64,000 bases of DNA, from assembly GCA_043228905.1 (NCBI GenBank), contig JBHGNT010000015.1:11098001-11162000 (forward strand). The letters run 5' to 3'. Numbering within the stretch: position 1 is the stretch's first letter; the number at the start of each line of letters is the position of its first letter. The position numbers and the translations under genes were made by a program. The stretch comes from Azolla caroliniana (Eukaryota; Plantae; Polypodiophyta). Shown in pieces: positions 25,501 through 40,091 of the stretch. A model generated the notes under the pieces. The model worked only from the letters and a program-made list of their open reading frames with translations. It made no database searches and was not told the origin of the DNA.

Positions 25501-27608
25501 GAAGGCAAACAAAGTTTTATCAACCGGGCCTCGACTATGTCCACTACACGGATGCAAGCGAACCACACACGTATGACGAAGCTATGGCCGCTCCGGACGC
25601 CGAAACATGGCTACAGGCCATGACATCCGAAATGGACTCGATTCATCAGAATCAGACATGGGAGCTGGTCGAACTACCAGCAGGAAGAAAACCACTACCT
25701 TGCAAATGGGTGTTTCGATACAAGTATGTATCCAACTCAGAAAAACCCAAGTACAAAGCTCGGCTTGTCGCAAAAGGTTTCAAACAGGAACACGGGGTTG
25801 ACTATGACGAGATATTCTCACAAGTAGTCAAGATGACCACCCTCCAACTCCTATTAGGCGTCGTGGCGAGAGAAGATCTAGAGCTCGAGCAGATGGACGT
25901 AAAGATGGCATTCCTACACAGAGATCTGGAAGAAGACATATACATGTCTCAATCGGCCAGCTTCACGGTGACGGGGGAGGACAGTCACCTCGTATGTCGA
26001 CTAAAGAAAAGTCTATATGTACTAAAACAAGCGTCGAGAATGTGGTACCAGAAGTTTGACTCCTACATACGGTAGCTTGGGTACAACAGATCAGACTCCG
26101 ACCCATGCATGTATGTTCGACAACTGGCTGATGAGTCAAGGATCTATCTGATCCTATACGTCGACGACATGTTGATTGCAGGGAGCAATCAAGTAGAGAT
26201 CGGTAAGTTGAAGTGGAGCCTTCACGCAAAGTTCGCGATGAAGGAACTCGGACAAGCCCGACACATACTGGGCATGAGGATAGAGAGAAATCGGACGACC
26301 AAAATTCTCCGACTCTCCTAGTCCGAATACATTCGCAAGGTGCTAAAGCGCTTCAACATGGAGAATGCGAAGCCAGCACAAACACCGCTTCTGACGTCGA
26401 TCAGACTATCAGATAGAGACTCTCCTACAACGGACAAGGAGAGAGAGCTTAAGGGAAAGATACCCTACGCATCGGCAGTAGGAAGTATCATGTACGCAAT
26501 GATGGTGACCCGACCTGACCTAGCCTATGTTGTAGGGGTGGTCAGTCGGTACATGTCAAACCCAAGAAAGAAGCACTGGGAGGCTGTCAAGCACATCCTT
26601 AGGTATCTAAAAGGAACCACGGATGCACAACTGACTTTCGGACTAACAATCTCAGCCGAAATCGAAGGCTACACCGACTCCGATTATGCCGGGAAAACGG
26701 ACAATCGAAAATCGACATCAGGCTACATCTTCACCTATGGTGGCGGTGCGATATCATGGGGGTCGAAACTTCAAGAGTGCATGACTTTGTCTACCACAGA
26801 AGCTGAGTATATAGCAGCATCGGAAGCAACGAAGGAAGTGATCTGGCTGCACCAACTAACTGCCGACTTCGGAACCGCAAACCGAATAGACCGACCATCG
26901 CCGACTATCTATTGCGACTCACAGAGTGCAATACACCTCATCAACAATCTCGTCTACCATGCGAAGACGAAGCACATTGAGGTGCGGTATCATCATATCC
27001 GGGAGCTCGTGACCGAGAAGAAACTCGAAGTCCCGAAGATCGACACCAAGGTGAACATCGCCGATTGCCTAACGAAGCCACTCCTAGATCAACGCTTCGG
27101 AACGCTAAGGATGAAGATGGGGCTATGAAAAGCGACCGAGAAGAAGAAAGCCGAATGAGGAGTAGAAGGTAAGAGTTGACCGACACTCATACTATACCTC
27201 TGCCGACTCGGCTACTTGCCGACAGACTTGTAACATAAGATCTAGTTAAATTTGTAATCTAGGTTTACGGGGGAGATAACCTCAAGCACTTGTACATGCA
27301 AGAAAGAGTGGTCCTTTTACAGGGGAATTTATTGGCATAAAAGGCCGACTCCTTCCAAATTGTATTCGTCCGAGTGTGAACTCGTTAATAAGTTAGGGCT
27401 TAGTATATAAGCGAATACCTAACATTGTAATGAGTGATGACGAGTAGAGTATTGTATCTCTGAGAAAGAACGAAGTAATAAGAAGCTTTCCATTAAAGCT
27501 CCATCTGTGTAAGTCTCCATGCCTATTCTATTTTTTGTATGTGTTGTTTGTTGTCCAGTACCGACTACAGATCCATACACGTTTCCGCACATAGCACTCG
27601 TACCCACA
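22523..27608 (+). mobile_element. Element A: full-length Ty1/copia inserted in B RNaseH
   Basis: 279-bp LTRs 22523-22801 and 27330-27608 (about 14 mismatches), PBS TGGTATCAGAGCC 22804-22816 (tRNAiMet), PPT about 27321, TSD TGTCG/TGTTA; host reads GFTDSDMSA across the junction. Confidence 0.95.
22902..27128 (+). pseudogene. Element A gag-pol, one frame with premature stops
   Basis: KFDGKNFALW gag, LDSGA protease, HTDICGP/NGVVER integrase, YVDDML RT, TDSDYAG/TKHIEVRYH RNaseH; listed sub-ORFs share one frame. Confidence 0.9.
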
Positions 27609-29746
27609 TGTTAGAGTCCGTGAACCCTTCCAACTCGGGGTTACTTGAGCTGTATCATAAGCATACCCTTGAGGTGCTACTCAGGTATCAAAGTATTCCT
27701 TTGACCGTGGCCCAATGTTCCTTGTCGGGGTTGATCATGAATCGGCTGACCACTCCAACAACAAAAGCGATGTCTGGCCTGGTGCACACCATTGCATACA
27801 TCATGCTTCTGACTACTGTGACATATGAGATCTTGTTCATCTTGGCCTTCTCCACTTTCAACTTCGAACATTGACTTCCGAACAACTTGCTGTTTGTTGG
27901 TAATGTCGAACCGACTGGCCTTGCACTCTACATGTTGAACCTTTGGAGCACCTTTGCCACATATTTTTCTTGTGACAACCACAACAACTTTTTGTCTTGT
28001 CCCGGACAATGTGCATTCCCAGAATCTGCTTTGCCAAACCCATATCTTCATTGTGAATGATTTGCTGAGGGCCTTCTTCAAGCTTCCGATTTTCTTCGGG
28101 TTTTGTCCGACGATTAGCATGTCGTCAACATACAATAGGAGGATAAGGAAGTCTCCTTCTTCATATCTCTTGACAAAGACATAGTGGTCAGCTTGCATCT
28201 TGTGGAACCCATGGTCCACCATGAAGCATTCGAATTGCTGATACCATTGCCTGGGGAGATTGCTTCAATCCGTACAACCTCTTCCTCAATTGGCATACCA
28301 AGTTTTCTTTACCTTTCTCCATGAATCCTTCCGGTTGGTGCATGTAGATTTCTTCCTCTAAATCTCCAGGCAGGAAAGCTGTCTTGACATCCAGTTGTTC
28401 AACTTCCAAGTCCATGCTAGCTACAATGCTCAACACTGTCCGGATGGATGTCATCTTCACTACTGGGGCAAATATCTTGTCAAAATCCATACCCTTCACC
28501 ACAATGCGGGATTTATATATGTGTGGATTTCTGCCTTCTCCCAACTTCAACTTATTGTACGGAATAGCGCTCCGCCACAACCACTCGGCCACAACCAAGT
28601 CTCAATCACTCAATGGAAGAAAGCAGAAAATAGAAATAAGATTAATTCACTTATTGAGTATGAGACGACACCCAGATGTTTACGTGGAAAACCCTAATAG
28701 GGAAAAAACCACGGGAGCCCATAGACTCCAAACTATCACTATGAGAAGAAAAGGTTACAATGAGAGATTCAGAGGCAACAACCTCAAGCTCTATACCTTC
28801 GCCAACTAGCAGTTACAACAGAAAATACCTTCTGTTTTTCTCTCTCTGTCTCTCTACGCTCTATATAACAATAATGACAACAACACCTAAAATGATTGCC
28901 CTAAGTCATATTTATACTTATATGACTTTAGGACTATTTACAAATATAGCCATGACAGGCACACTAGAAACATATTTATAGATATGTCCCTGGATCCGGT
29001 CTCCGGATCCCATCTGGAGGGACCGAATTCCCAACAAGCTACCCCTTCACTCTAGCATGGGATGTCTTGCCAATTTGATCCATCTCCTACATGCATCCAG
29101 CTTGTCGGATGACATCACATTGGTCAGCATGTTTGACCAATTCTCCTCTGTGTGGATCTTCAACAACGCGAAGTCTTGATCTTCTACTGTCTCCCGGGGC
29201 CAGTGGTATCTACGCTAGATGTGCTTCGTCCTGGAGTGGTACGCCATGTTCTTTGCAAGGTGGATGACACTTTGACTGTCGCAGTAGAGCCGGAATTCCT
29301 CCTGTCAAATCCCTAACTCTCCGATAAAGTCCTTCATCCAAATTACCTCTTTATCGGCTTCTACAGCCGCCATGTACTCCGCTTCCATTGTCGATAGTGC
29401 AACGGACTTATGTAGCCTCGACTGCCATGATACGGCTCCCCCTACATATGTCATAACATATCTAGATGTTGATCGGTTGGTATCCACATCAACCGACATA
29501 TCCGAATTTGTTAATCCTTCAAGTTGGGGTTTTTTGGAGCCGAATCGGAGGCACATACTCGAGGTGCCTTTCAAGTACCGGAGTATCCACTTGACTACAG
29601 TCCAATGTTCTCTTCCCAAATTGCTCATGAACCGGCTGACTGTCAGGAATAGTACTAAAACAGAGGGAGAATTAGTACTGGAGAAGGGAAGTACTATTAG
29701 TACTAAGAGGACTGGATTGCGTAAGACTCCCAAGAGAGGGAGAGAG

Positions 29747-29823
<77 letters not shown>

Positions 29824-30174
29824 GATAATAGATGATATATTATATGAAGAGTAAGTGCAAAATGGCTATGAGGCTTAAGAATGGCGTTGAACCAATTTGG
29901 TTCAACATAATGCCTTGTGCCTCCTTTTATAGTGTTCTCAAGAGGAGTCCTGAAGCTTCTAGAATGTTCTAGGGAAATCTGGAATATACATTAATTTCCT
30001 ATAATAAAATTTAAATGAAAATAATATCCTACGTATTACAATAGATGGTATAATGGTCAAGAGCTCGACCCATATAACATAAGGTCATGGGTTCGCGTCT
30101 TTCCATATCATGACACTATCCCCCTCTTAAGATGACGAGTGTAACGAGTCAGTGATGATTGAGGATCGGGTTTG

Positions 30175-30338
30175 TCCGGATATTGTCAGTGGAAATCAGC
30201 AAGAAGATCCTGAGCATTGGCGACATGCCCGACAGGTTCCCAAGTACGTTCGCTCGGACTATAGCCAAGCCAATCGACCAAATAATAAAGTTTGTTGCAA
30301 ACAAATTTGGAGTAGAGCACGACATCAACTTCATACTC
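30175..30338 (-). other. Chromodomain of element E integrase
   Basis: EYEVDVVLYSKFVCNKLYYLVDWLGYSPSERTWEP in a frame shifted from the listed ORF. Confidence 0.85.
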
Positions 30339-31757
30339 CGGTTGGCGACTAACTCAAGCGGGGGCAACGGTGGTGTAACACAATCGGGAATAGTGTTTTC
30401 TTTATAAGGTTCAAGAAGAGAACTATGGAAGACCAAATGTATCTGAAGATGCGGAGGAAGATCAAGGCGGAATGTGACATCATTAACCGTACCGGTAATA
30501 CGGAAAGGACCGAGTCGTCGATAATCCAACTTGTCACACGGTCGAGTAGTCTTGATGTGACAACGTAAGAGCCATACTCGATCTCTGATGGCAAAAAAGG
30601 AGGGAAGCCGATGACGATCCACATAAGTCTTCTGTGTGTGTTGAGCATGATGAAGATGAGTAGAGAGATCCATATAGATCTTACGTAGCCTCTCCAAATG
30701 ATCCTCGGCACGAGGATTGGTAGGTAGCTCCGGTGTGTCGATCACAGACCAACGAGGATGAGAACCAATATAAGCGTAAAATGGGGAGACCTGAGTCGAG
30801 GAGTGAATAGCGTTATTATAAGCAAACTCCACAAAGTGGAGAATATCAGCCCAATCGTCCTGTTGATAACTCAAAAAACATCGGAGGTATTGTTCCAACG
30901 TTTGATTTGTTCGTTCCGCCTGCCCATCGGTCTGGGCATGGTAGCCGGAGGAGAGGTTACAAGAGACCTTGAGCATCTTGAAGAGATGCTTCCAAAATTT
31001 GGAGACGAATTGAGGTCCTCGGTCATTGATGATACTATCTGGGAGGTCATGATGCCGAAATACCTCACGCATGACAAGGGCGGCGGTTTCCTCACTAGTG
31101 ATGGCCTTAGTACACGACACAAAATGTGCCATCTTAGTATATCGATCAACGACGGTTAAGATAGCATCGAAACCCTTTGAGATCGGCAGATTTGTGATAA
31201 AATCAAGACAAATAGACTACCACGGCTTACTTGGAATCAGTAAGGGTTCCAACAAGCCATATGGATGATGTCGTGGCATCTTTGCTCGGCAGCAAGCATC
31301 ACAGGTCCGAATGTAGTCGTTGACAAAACGTCACATATGGGGCCACCAAAAAGATCGTTGAACTAGATCGAACGTCTTCGTACTACCGAAATGTCCCGTT
31401 GTATGGGTGTCGTGACAATTTTGGATGATTTGAAGGCGACGGGAGGAATCGGGAACATATACGAGGTTTTTAAAGAACAATAAACCATCATGATATTCGA
31501 ATTTTCGGTAGTCCATCCCTGGTTGTTGAAACTGCGAACAGGATGCCCAAGAGGTATCAATGTGCGCTAGAATGTCTTGAGCAAAACTATCCGTCTTCAA
31601 GTTAGCACGTATGGCATCGATAATCCGGGAATCTAGTGGAGTGTGAAAAATCCGCGTTGTGTGCAAACGTGTTGGTCCCACGATTACCTGCTTTTGATTA
31701 TCAAACGTTGCATCACCAGGACGAGGTGCAAGATATGAACGCTGTGATAGTGCATTT

Positions 31758-31843
31758 GGTTGGGGACAAGGCCGTCAATGCGGAAGTGCAAGCAACATTC
31801 GTGATGAAGAAGAACCTGTGTATGCACAATTAAGATAGACATA

Positions 31844-31905
<62 letters not shown>

Positions 31906-34900
31906 CACAAAAGGAACCGTTATATTCTAATAGCAACAGTTACAAAAATAACAACCAAACTTTACTAAAGGTTACAAAGTCACTTTATATAGTGACTATC
32001 CTAGGGCAACTGCCCTTTATGCTATTTACAGAAATGACCCGAACTTGGGTTGTCCAAAGGGACAATGTGAATATGGCCATTATACACTAGTATTCGACAC
32101 TCCCCCGTAATGGGCGTATACATGGGTTACCTAAAGAATTACAGGTATATATATACAAGGTTTATCGGACATATTGGTTTTGTTAGAGTCGGTAAGATCC
32201 GAAGGCAGAGGACCGAACCGGTCGGGTCGGAAGAGCTGAAGCCGATCCTCAGAGAACCAATGTCGGTGGTCCGAAACCATCTTGTGCTATGTGTCCGACT
32301 TTAATCGGACCGATTTTTCGTTACGCCCATATGGTGCCGAAGGGACCGGAAACGATCCGCCGAAAGACACTTGGTCATTCCATCTGCGACATTATCGGTT
32401 GTGGATATCTTCTCGAGACCGATTTTCCCTGAAATGACGTAGTCCCGAACGAAGTGATATCGAACGTCGATATACTTAGAGGTGTTGTGGTGAACCGTAT
32501 TTTTTTGACAAGGTAACAACACCCTGACTGTCGCTGTAGACAACTGGAGTTGAGTCGTAGTCGACCTGTCAAAATGTGTGCGCCAGCCGACTGAGCCATA
32601 AAGCTTCTTTTGCCGCGTCGGATGTAGCTACATATTCCGCTTCGGTCATTGAGGCGGTTGTGCACTCCTGAAGTTTTGACTTCCACGAGATTGCTCCATT
32701 GCCGAATTTGAAATAGTATCCAGTGGTTGATTTCCGACTGTCCACACAACTGGCGAAGTCTGAGTCAGTGTAACTGACTACGCCTGAGGTTGAGTTCGGG
32801 CCGAAAAGAATGTCGTGGTCTTTTGTACCAGCTAGATATCTGAACACATGCTTGACTGCGTTCCAGTGCGATCGGCCGGGGTTGTGCATGAATCTGCCGA
32901 CGACTCCTACGGCGTGAGAAATATCAGGTCGTGTCGCGACCATCGCGTACATGAGGGAGCCGATTGCTGGTGCATACGGTACCGACTTCATATCTTCCCC
33001 CTCTAAACCGGATGTCGGATAGTCTCGCTGAGACAACCGAAGGTTAATGGGGAGCGGGGTCGAAGCAGACTTGGTTGATTGCATGTTGAAGCATTCTAAG
33101 ACACGTCCGATGTAGTCAGTTTGAGACAAGGAAAGTATGTGTCTTGCCGGACTGAGGTCCTTCATGGCAAACTTCAACCGCAGTTGCCGAACGAGTTCGG
33201 TGAGCTCTCCGGCATGCCGGCCAGAGAGGAGCATGCCGTCCACGTAGATGATGAGGAAGACGGGAGACCCGTCTTGAGTTGTTTTGGTGAAGAGTTGTTC
33301 CTCATCGTTCTTTGAGAAGTCGACTGATTGGATGAAGTCGTCGAACTTCTTGTACCACTGTCGGGGTGCCTGTTTCAGGCCGTAGAGACTTTTCCTGAGT
33401 CGGCAAACTAGATGTTGTTGGCAGGATGCCACAAAGCCTTTTGGCTACTCCATATAGATTTCCTCCTGTAGGTCACCGTGGAGGAAGGCCATTTTTACAT
33501 CTAGCTGAGTCAGCTCCAAGTTGTCTGCGGCCACGATGCCGAGCATGAAACAAAGGGTCATCATTTTCACCACTGGTGAAAAGATTTCGTCGAAGTCGAC
33601 GCCATATTCTTGTCTAAATCGCTTCGCAACTAATCTGGCTTTGTACTTTGGGGTGGTCGAGTCAGATGTCTCTTTTAGTCGATAGACCCACTTACACGGA
33701 AGAGCACGTCGATCCTTCGGTAATTCGACCAAGTCCCAAGTCTTGTTTGCCTGAATGGAGTGCATTTCTGACTCCATCGCCAGATGCCATGTGGCTGAAT
33801 CGGTAGATGTCGATGCTTCTTCGTAAGACGTCGGTTGGCCGGCGTCGGTAAAGAAAATTCCGGGAGAGTACCTCTCTGGAGGTTGCGACAGTCTCTTGGA
33901 TCTGCGAGGTATGAGTGGATTGGTCGCACTGGGTGTCGATGTCGGATGGTTGGGAGCCGAGCCATTCGGCTGTGCCGAATCGGTGGATTCGGTGCGAGAG
34001 TTGTCGGTTACCCATGAAACCGATCTCGTGTTGTGGGTTGAGCCGTCATGAAGGGTTGGCACTTCGGAAAATATTACCCTTTGGACTTCAATAGGCCTTT
34101 CGGCCGTTTTATGCATAGCCAACTCGTTGAACATGACGTCCGAACTTCGGACGATTTGTCTATGCTTGAGGTCCATATTTCGCCGTCGAGTCCATATCCA
34201 AGAAAAACACATTTCCGTGACCTTGGTTCGAGTTTCTGGCGGTGTCTTTCGATATGAGAGCATACGCCTCGCAATCAAAGATCCTCAATTTGTCATAATT
34301 CGGCTTACTGCCGGTCCATATTTCCTGAGGTATTTGAAGTCCTAGAGGTCTACTTGGCGACATATTTATTATGTGTACTGCCGTAAGTAGAGTCTCCGCC
34401 TAGAAACCATCCGACAGTCCAGAGTATTGGAGCATGGATACTACGCGTTCTTGAATCGTTCGATTCATGCGTTCAACAATTCCATTCTGCTCCGGACAAT
34501 AGGGTACCATATATTCATGTCGAATGTTGCGTTCCCGACAGAAGTTGACGAATTCTTCAGACTTGAACTCTCCTCCATTGTCGGTTCGGAGACATTTCAG
34601 TTTCTGACCGGTCTGATTTTTGACCATTGCAAGCCATTCGGAGAAGATCGAGAACACCCGATCTTTGGTTCGGATGGGATAAGCCGACACCTTTCGAGTC
34701 GAGTCGTCAATGAAACTGACGAAGTACGAAGCACCGCCGAGAGACTGATGTGGCATCGGGCGACAGACGTCTGAGTGGACCAAATCGAGGGGACTCGATT
34801 CTCTTGGTGCTGATGTCGCATGTGATGCGGCTACCTGTTTGTTGTACTGGCAATGCTCACAGAATTGGTGATCTGAGAAGGAGAGCTTGGGGATGTAGCC

Positions 34901-36917
34901 GGCTCTGGATAGGTGCGTTATGCCGGCCTTGCTGAGGTGTCCAAGTCATTCGTGCCATAACGATGACACGGGGATATCAACCAAAACTAAGTCACCCTCT
35001 TTGAGTGTGACATATAAAGGGTACAAAGAGTGTACCTTCTGTCCTCGAGCAAGCAGGAGGTTCCCTTTGTGGAGTGTCCACCCTCTTGATGAGAATCTGG
35101 CACAGATTCCAGCTTCGTCAAGTTTCCGACTCAAACTTAGTCGGAGTGCCGGTCCGAGTATTGCCGAAATTGAGATCGGTGAGGTGTCACATGATACGAT
35201 GCGCCCGATTCCAAGAGCCATGTGCTCGATTCCTCAGTCGTAAGCAGAACTTCTGATTCGAGTGGGTTCTCTATGGACAATATGTTCAGGTCGGTCGTCA
35301 AAATTTCGGCTGAAGAGCCGATGTAGTTGACCTCCTCATGCCGGCTACTCTTTTGATCCGCTCTCCGAGCTTTGTCAGTTTTTGCTTTGAGTGCCCGGAA
35401 GTCGGCTTTTGATGTGTCCCGATTTCTTGCAGTAGTTGCAGATTCAGTTGTCCTGGGACTTGCTTCGGCTTTGCTGATTGTTCGGCGGTCGAGAAGAACT
35501 TCTTCCTCGGTTGTTTGATCGGTCGGTCGAACCTTGTACTACGTAAGCTTCATCTGCCAAGTCTTTGGCGAAAGACTTTCTCCGAGCTGCTTCAGTCAGG
35601 ATTGCGCTCGTGACTTCGGAGTACTTAACGGCAACTGTTGAAGCATTGCACACGGTTGTAACGAAAGTTTCCCATGAAGAGGGGAGACTACTCATGAGTA
35701 TCATTGCTTTGAGTTCATCCTCGATTTCCGTCCCCTAAGACGAGAGATTTGGGAGCTTATGCTTTCATACTCCTTGAGGTGTGCCTGAACCAAATCGGAT
35801 TCTTTCATCCGCAGGTTGTAGAGGCGCCGGATCAGATACATCTTCGTTGCGGCAACCTTCTTTTCGTAAGTTTCTGACAATGTTTTCCAAAGTTCAAACG
35901 CTATCGTGCATGATTGCACTGTGAAGTACACTGACTCCGACAAGTGCATCCGAATCGTGGCGCGGACTATTCTGTCCAGCTTTAGCCACTCGTTTGCCTT
36001 GTATGCTTCTGGAGGATTTTCATTCTCAATCGGGTCTATCTGACCCTTGACTATGAGATAGTTCTACATTTGTTCCTTCTAGAAGTTGAAGTTCGAACCG
36101 TCGAACCTCCTTAGACTCATCTCCGATGAGCCGGATGTTGATGCCATCTAATTCGGTTTCGGTTGGGAAGACTCGGTTCGGAGTTGACTACGAACCTTAG
36201 GGAGGTGCAGCTAGTCAACTCACCAGATATCGTTCTACTCGGTTTTGAACCCGAGTCGGTTCGGTTTCGGATACTTGTTACTGAACTTGCTCAGAGTGAC
36301 TCCGGTAACTTGAGGGACAGAACCGGCTAGTCTTCCCGAATGTTGCCGAGTCGGAGTGAGCCCGGTTAGCTTCTGATTGTATGCCTAATACCGATTACAC
36401 AAGACCGATTGTTTGGACCGATTTAGCTTCGGATGACTGCAGCGATGAGAGGGACGGATCCAATTGATCCTCCCGAATGTTGATCAGCCGAGTGAAGCAC
36501 GAATTTGGTTGGTTGTTTCGAGACCAATCTGCAGCGGGTGGTTACATCAAGCTGGTGAATAGCGTCCAACGACCTATTAGGATGTTATTTAACCAAATGA
36601 AGCACGATCGGGTCGGTTGTTGCGCAAGAAGCTCCCCTCAAGCGGTTACAATCACAGGAACAGAGTACAGCCGATTGGCTTACTCCAATTTGTGATTTAA
36701 CACAGTGAGATGCGAGCTTTTTGTTTTTCTTCTCCCTTCTCTGTTCTTCAAGAAGTTATAAAAACATAATGTTGTGGTGTATGATGACGGCCGGCAACGG
36801 GTTGAAGAACCTCCAACACTCTGATACCAAATGTTGGGGACAAGGTCGTCAATGCAGAAATGCAAGCAACATTCGTGATGAAGAAGAACCTGTGTATGCA
36901 CAATTAAGATAGACACA

Positions 36918-36955
<38 letters not shown>

Positions 36956-37161
36956 CACAAAAGGAACCGTTATATTCTAATAGCAACAGTTACAAAAATA
37001 ACAACCAAACTTTACTAAAGGTTTACTAAAGGTTACAAAGTTCACTTTATATAGTGACTATCCTAGGGCAACTGCCCTTTATGCTATTTACAGAAATGAC
37101 CCGAACTTGGGTTGTCCAAAGGGACAATGTGAATACGGCCATTATACACTAGTATTCGACA
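31758..37161 (-). mobile_element. Element F: full-length Ty1/copia inserted in E RNaseH
   Basis: LTRs 31758-32099 and 36832-37161 (about 6 substitutions plus indels), perfect TSD CATTT, PBS 36819-36829, PPT ctccccc 32100. Confidence 0.95.
32301..36147 (-). pseudogene. Element F gag-pol (stops, frameshifts, small deletions)
   Basis: RFDGSNF gag, HSDVC/NGIVERMNRT integrase, LPCKWVY/LYGLKQAPRQW RT, TDSDFA RNaseH. Confidence 0.88.
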
Positions 37162-39003
37162 CATTTGCTTTTCCTTGTTGCTTCCCTGGTCGATATGTGA
37201 TTTTGAAGTCAAAACGTGTAAGGAATTGGGCCCACCGAGCTTGTCGTCGATTTAGTACACGAGTGTTCTAGAAATAAGCAAGATTTTTGTGATCATTGAA
37301 GACGATGACCTGATGTGGAGAGCCCTCTAAGAAGTGTCGCCATTGCACAAATGAATCCACGATGGCTAATAACACCTCATCATGTATCTCGTAGTTGATT
37401 TCCGCGGCATCAAATTTGCGCGAATGGAAAGCCACATGATGTAACTCTTTATCTCCTTGTTGAGAAAGGATGCTACCGAGGGCAAAATCCGATGCGTCGG
37501 CCTCCATGATGAATGGTTTGTTTGTATCCACATGAGCTACAATAGGAGCTGATGTAAAGGCTTTCTTAAGATGCCTAAAAGTCATGTCCGCTTCATTGGA
37601 CCAAAGAAATGCATGTCCCTTTTCGTAAGCTATGTGAGAGGTAAAATAATCTTCGAGTAATCTTGTATAAACTTGCGGTAGAAGTTAGCAAAACCTAGGA
37701 AACATTGTACATCTCGTAATGAACGTGGAGTTTGCCACTCTAGCACAGTTTTGACTTTAGCCGGATCCATGGAGATGCCCTTTGAGGAGATGACGTAGCC
37801 TAGAAATTCCACTTGCTTGTAGTCAAAGCTACATTTTTCTAGTTTCGCATAAAGACCATTCTCTCAGAGTCTTTTTAGTACTAATAGTACATGAGAATCA
37901 TGCTCTTCCTGGGTCTTCGAATCATTTGCCATGTGTTGGAAGATTGCGGGCGCATTGGTTAGACCGAACGACATAACGGTATATACTCGAAATGCCCATA
38001 CCGCATGCGAAAGGCGGTCTTCCATTCGTCTCCCAGTTAGATCCGCACGAGGTTATATGCTCCTCGTAGACCGATTTTTGTAAAAAACATGGCACCATTT
38101 ACTCGCTCTAAAAGACTTGATATAAGAGGAAGTGCATACCTATTCCTGATGGTGACCTTATTCAAGCCGCGATAATCAATGACGAGACAAAGTGATCCAT
38201 CTTTCTTCTTGACAAAGAAGATGGGTGCACCGGCCGGAGATTTTAAATGACGAATAAACCCGCTTGCCAAGTTCTCCTCTATGTAGGCTTGAAGGACTTC
38301 TAACTCGATTGGTGACAAGTTGTAAATTGGTCCCGATGGTGGCTCTGTTCCTGGTTGTAAATCGATGGGACAATCGTAGGGACAATGATGAGGAAGAGTA
38401 CCGGCTTTTACCTTGTCAAATACATCGGCATAAGGATGATATTTCACCGGACGTTGCACTAAGGATTCCTTCTTAATATTGCTGGAAGGATGTATTGATA
38501 TTGCAAATAGAAACATTTCCTCTTGTGTCCTTCTTCATGTAATTGATGAAGTGAAATGGTCGAAACTCGATGAGTAGATTCTTGGGGTTGTCGATACCGG
38601 ACTTCTCTTGTTCTCCAATCTATGTCTGGATTATGAATTCAAACCAAGGTAATCCCAGGACAATGGGATGCTCTGGACTGCTAATTATATTAAATGATAC
38701 CACACACACAAAACTACCTAGGACAACTTGAATGGGTTCTGACTCTTCTACAATATTCCCGGAAGCAATGGGATGGCCATCAATGACTACTATAGATGCG
38801 GGGCAAGGAAGTTTTCTTAAGGATATCTGAGAAGCTTGGGCAAAATTTCGATCCATGAAACAGGAATTGGCTCCGGAATCTAAAAGTGTTAGGACATGTA
38901 CTAGAGGAGTACTTCTAGTACTAACCATGACTTGGGCTAAGAACACATTGCTAACTTGCTTGGAGGGAGTGGAATCACTAATGGGTTGTACAGATCTAGG
39001 GTT

Positions 39004-39048
39004 GTCCAACCAAACGGCTCCTATTTTGGCTGGACTCAGTCGTTTAAC
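39004..39048 (-). promoter_or_regulatory. Predicted -1 ribosomal frameshift signal at the gag/pol junction of E
   Basis: G_TTA_AAC (39048-39042), 6-nt spacer with the gag TGA, 11-bp stem 39035-39025/39014-39004; pol open in -1 frame. Confidence 0.7.
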
Positions 39049-40091
39049 TCTTCTTCTAATTGACTAAGGATTTCAAATTTGTTTGAGATACTTGGGCTAT
39101 TAGTATTGTTAATACTATCAGACACTCCTAAGGGAAGAATTGATTTGGGTTTAGTACATGCTACGATTTGATTTACATGTCTTCTTGGCCTATGGGGATA
39201 GTTGATTGCGATATGCCCTGGTCCACTGCAATAAAGACATAACTGATTTGCACGTCGTCGTTGCTTTTCGTCTTCCGATAATGGGCCACGTCGATGCATG
39301 GTGTCGATCTCCATCGATGTTAGAGTATTTGCTTGAGATACGTCTCATGCAAACGGTTTAGCCGCGACTGAGGCGTATGTGGGATCCGGCCTAAGGCGTG
39401 ATTTGTGATTGACATTCTGAACGCCATTCGAAATGGCAGTTGTCGCATTGGACCGCTCGACTGATTGCCTCTATAAGAGACTTTGGTTCTTCGGGGAAGG
39501 TTAAGAGTAAATCTTTGACATTGTTTTGCAGGCCGTAGCGAAACTACTCCATTAGTGCTTGATCATCCCAAGGGATATCTGAGGTGAGTAGACAGAAATC
39601 TGCCGCGTAGGCAGAGGCTGGATACCTTGACGCAATCGTCGGATTTTGTTGATCGTCGTCCTGATGCTGTCAGTATCTCCAAAGCAGGCTTTAAACTCGC
39701 TAATAAAGTCTTCAAAGTTAATAAGCAAGGGCGATTGTTTTTCTGGAAGCGGGGCGAACCATGCCAAGGCGGAGCCGCTAAGCAATGTGCCTATTAGGCC
39801 GATTCGAGATGCATCAGTGGGGTATTGGGAAGGATGCATTTGAATGACTAAGCATACCTGATTAAGAAATCCCTTGAATTGCGATCGCGTTCCATCGAAT
39901 TTCACAGGAAGTCCAATCTTGGGCTCTTTATGAAATCTTTGGGGACTTGATCCTTGTTGTTGCAATGCTATGATGGTTGCTTCAAGTTGTTGTACACGTA
40001 ATGCTAACTCCCCATGTTGCTGTTGCAACTCCCCATGTTGTTGCTGTGTTTGCTGTTTTTCTAGAGCGATTTGTTGAAGATCCCCTAACAA
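39036..40091 (-). pseudogene. Element E gag (frameshifted)
   Basis: ORFs 39552-40091 and 39036-39314; sushi/PEG10-type capsid and RRRANQLCLYC knuckle. Confidence 0.85.

Larger units (their letters stand above)
30149..39048 (-). pseudogene. Element E pol (PR-RT-RH-IN-chromodomain), interrupted by F
   Basis: ORF fragments 38620-39009, 38037-38516, 37268-37585, 31331-31681 and 30149-31132. Confidence 0.88.
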
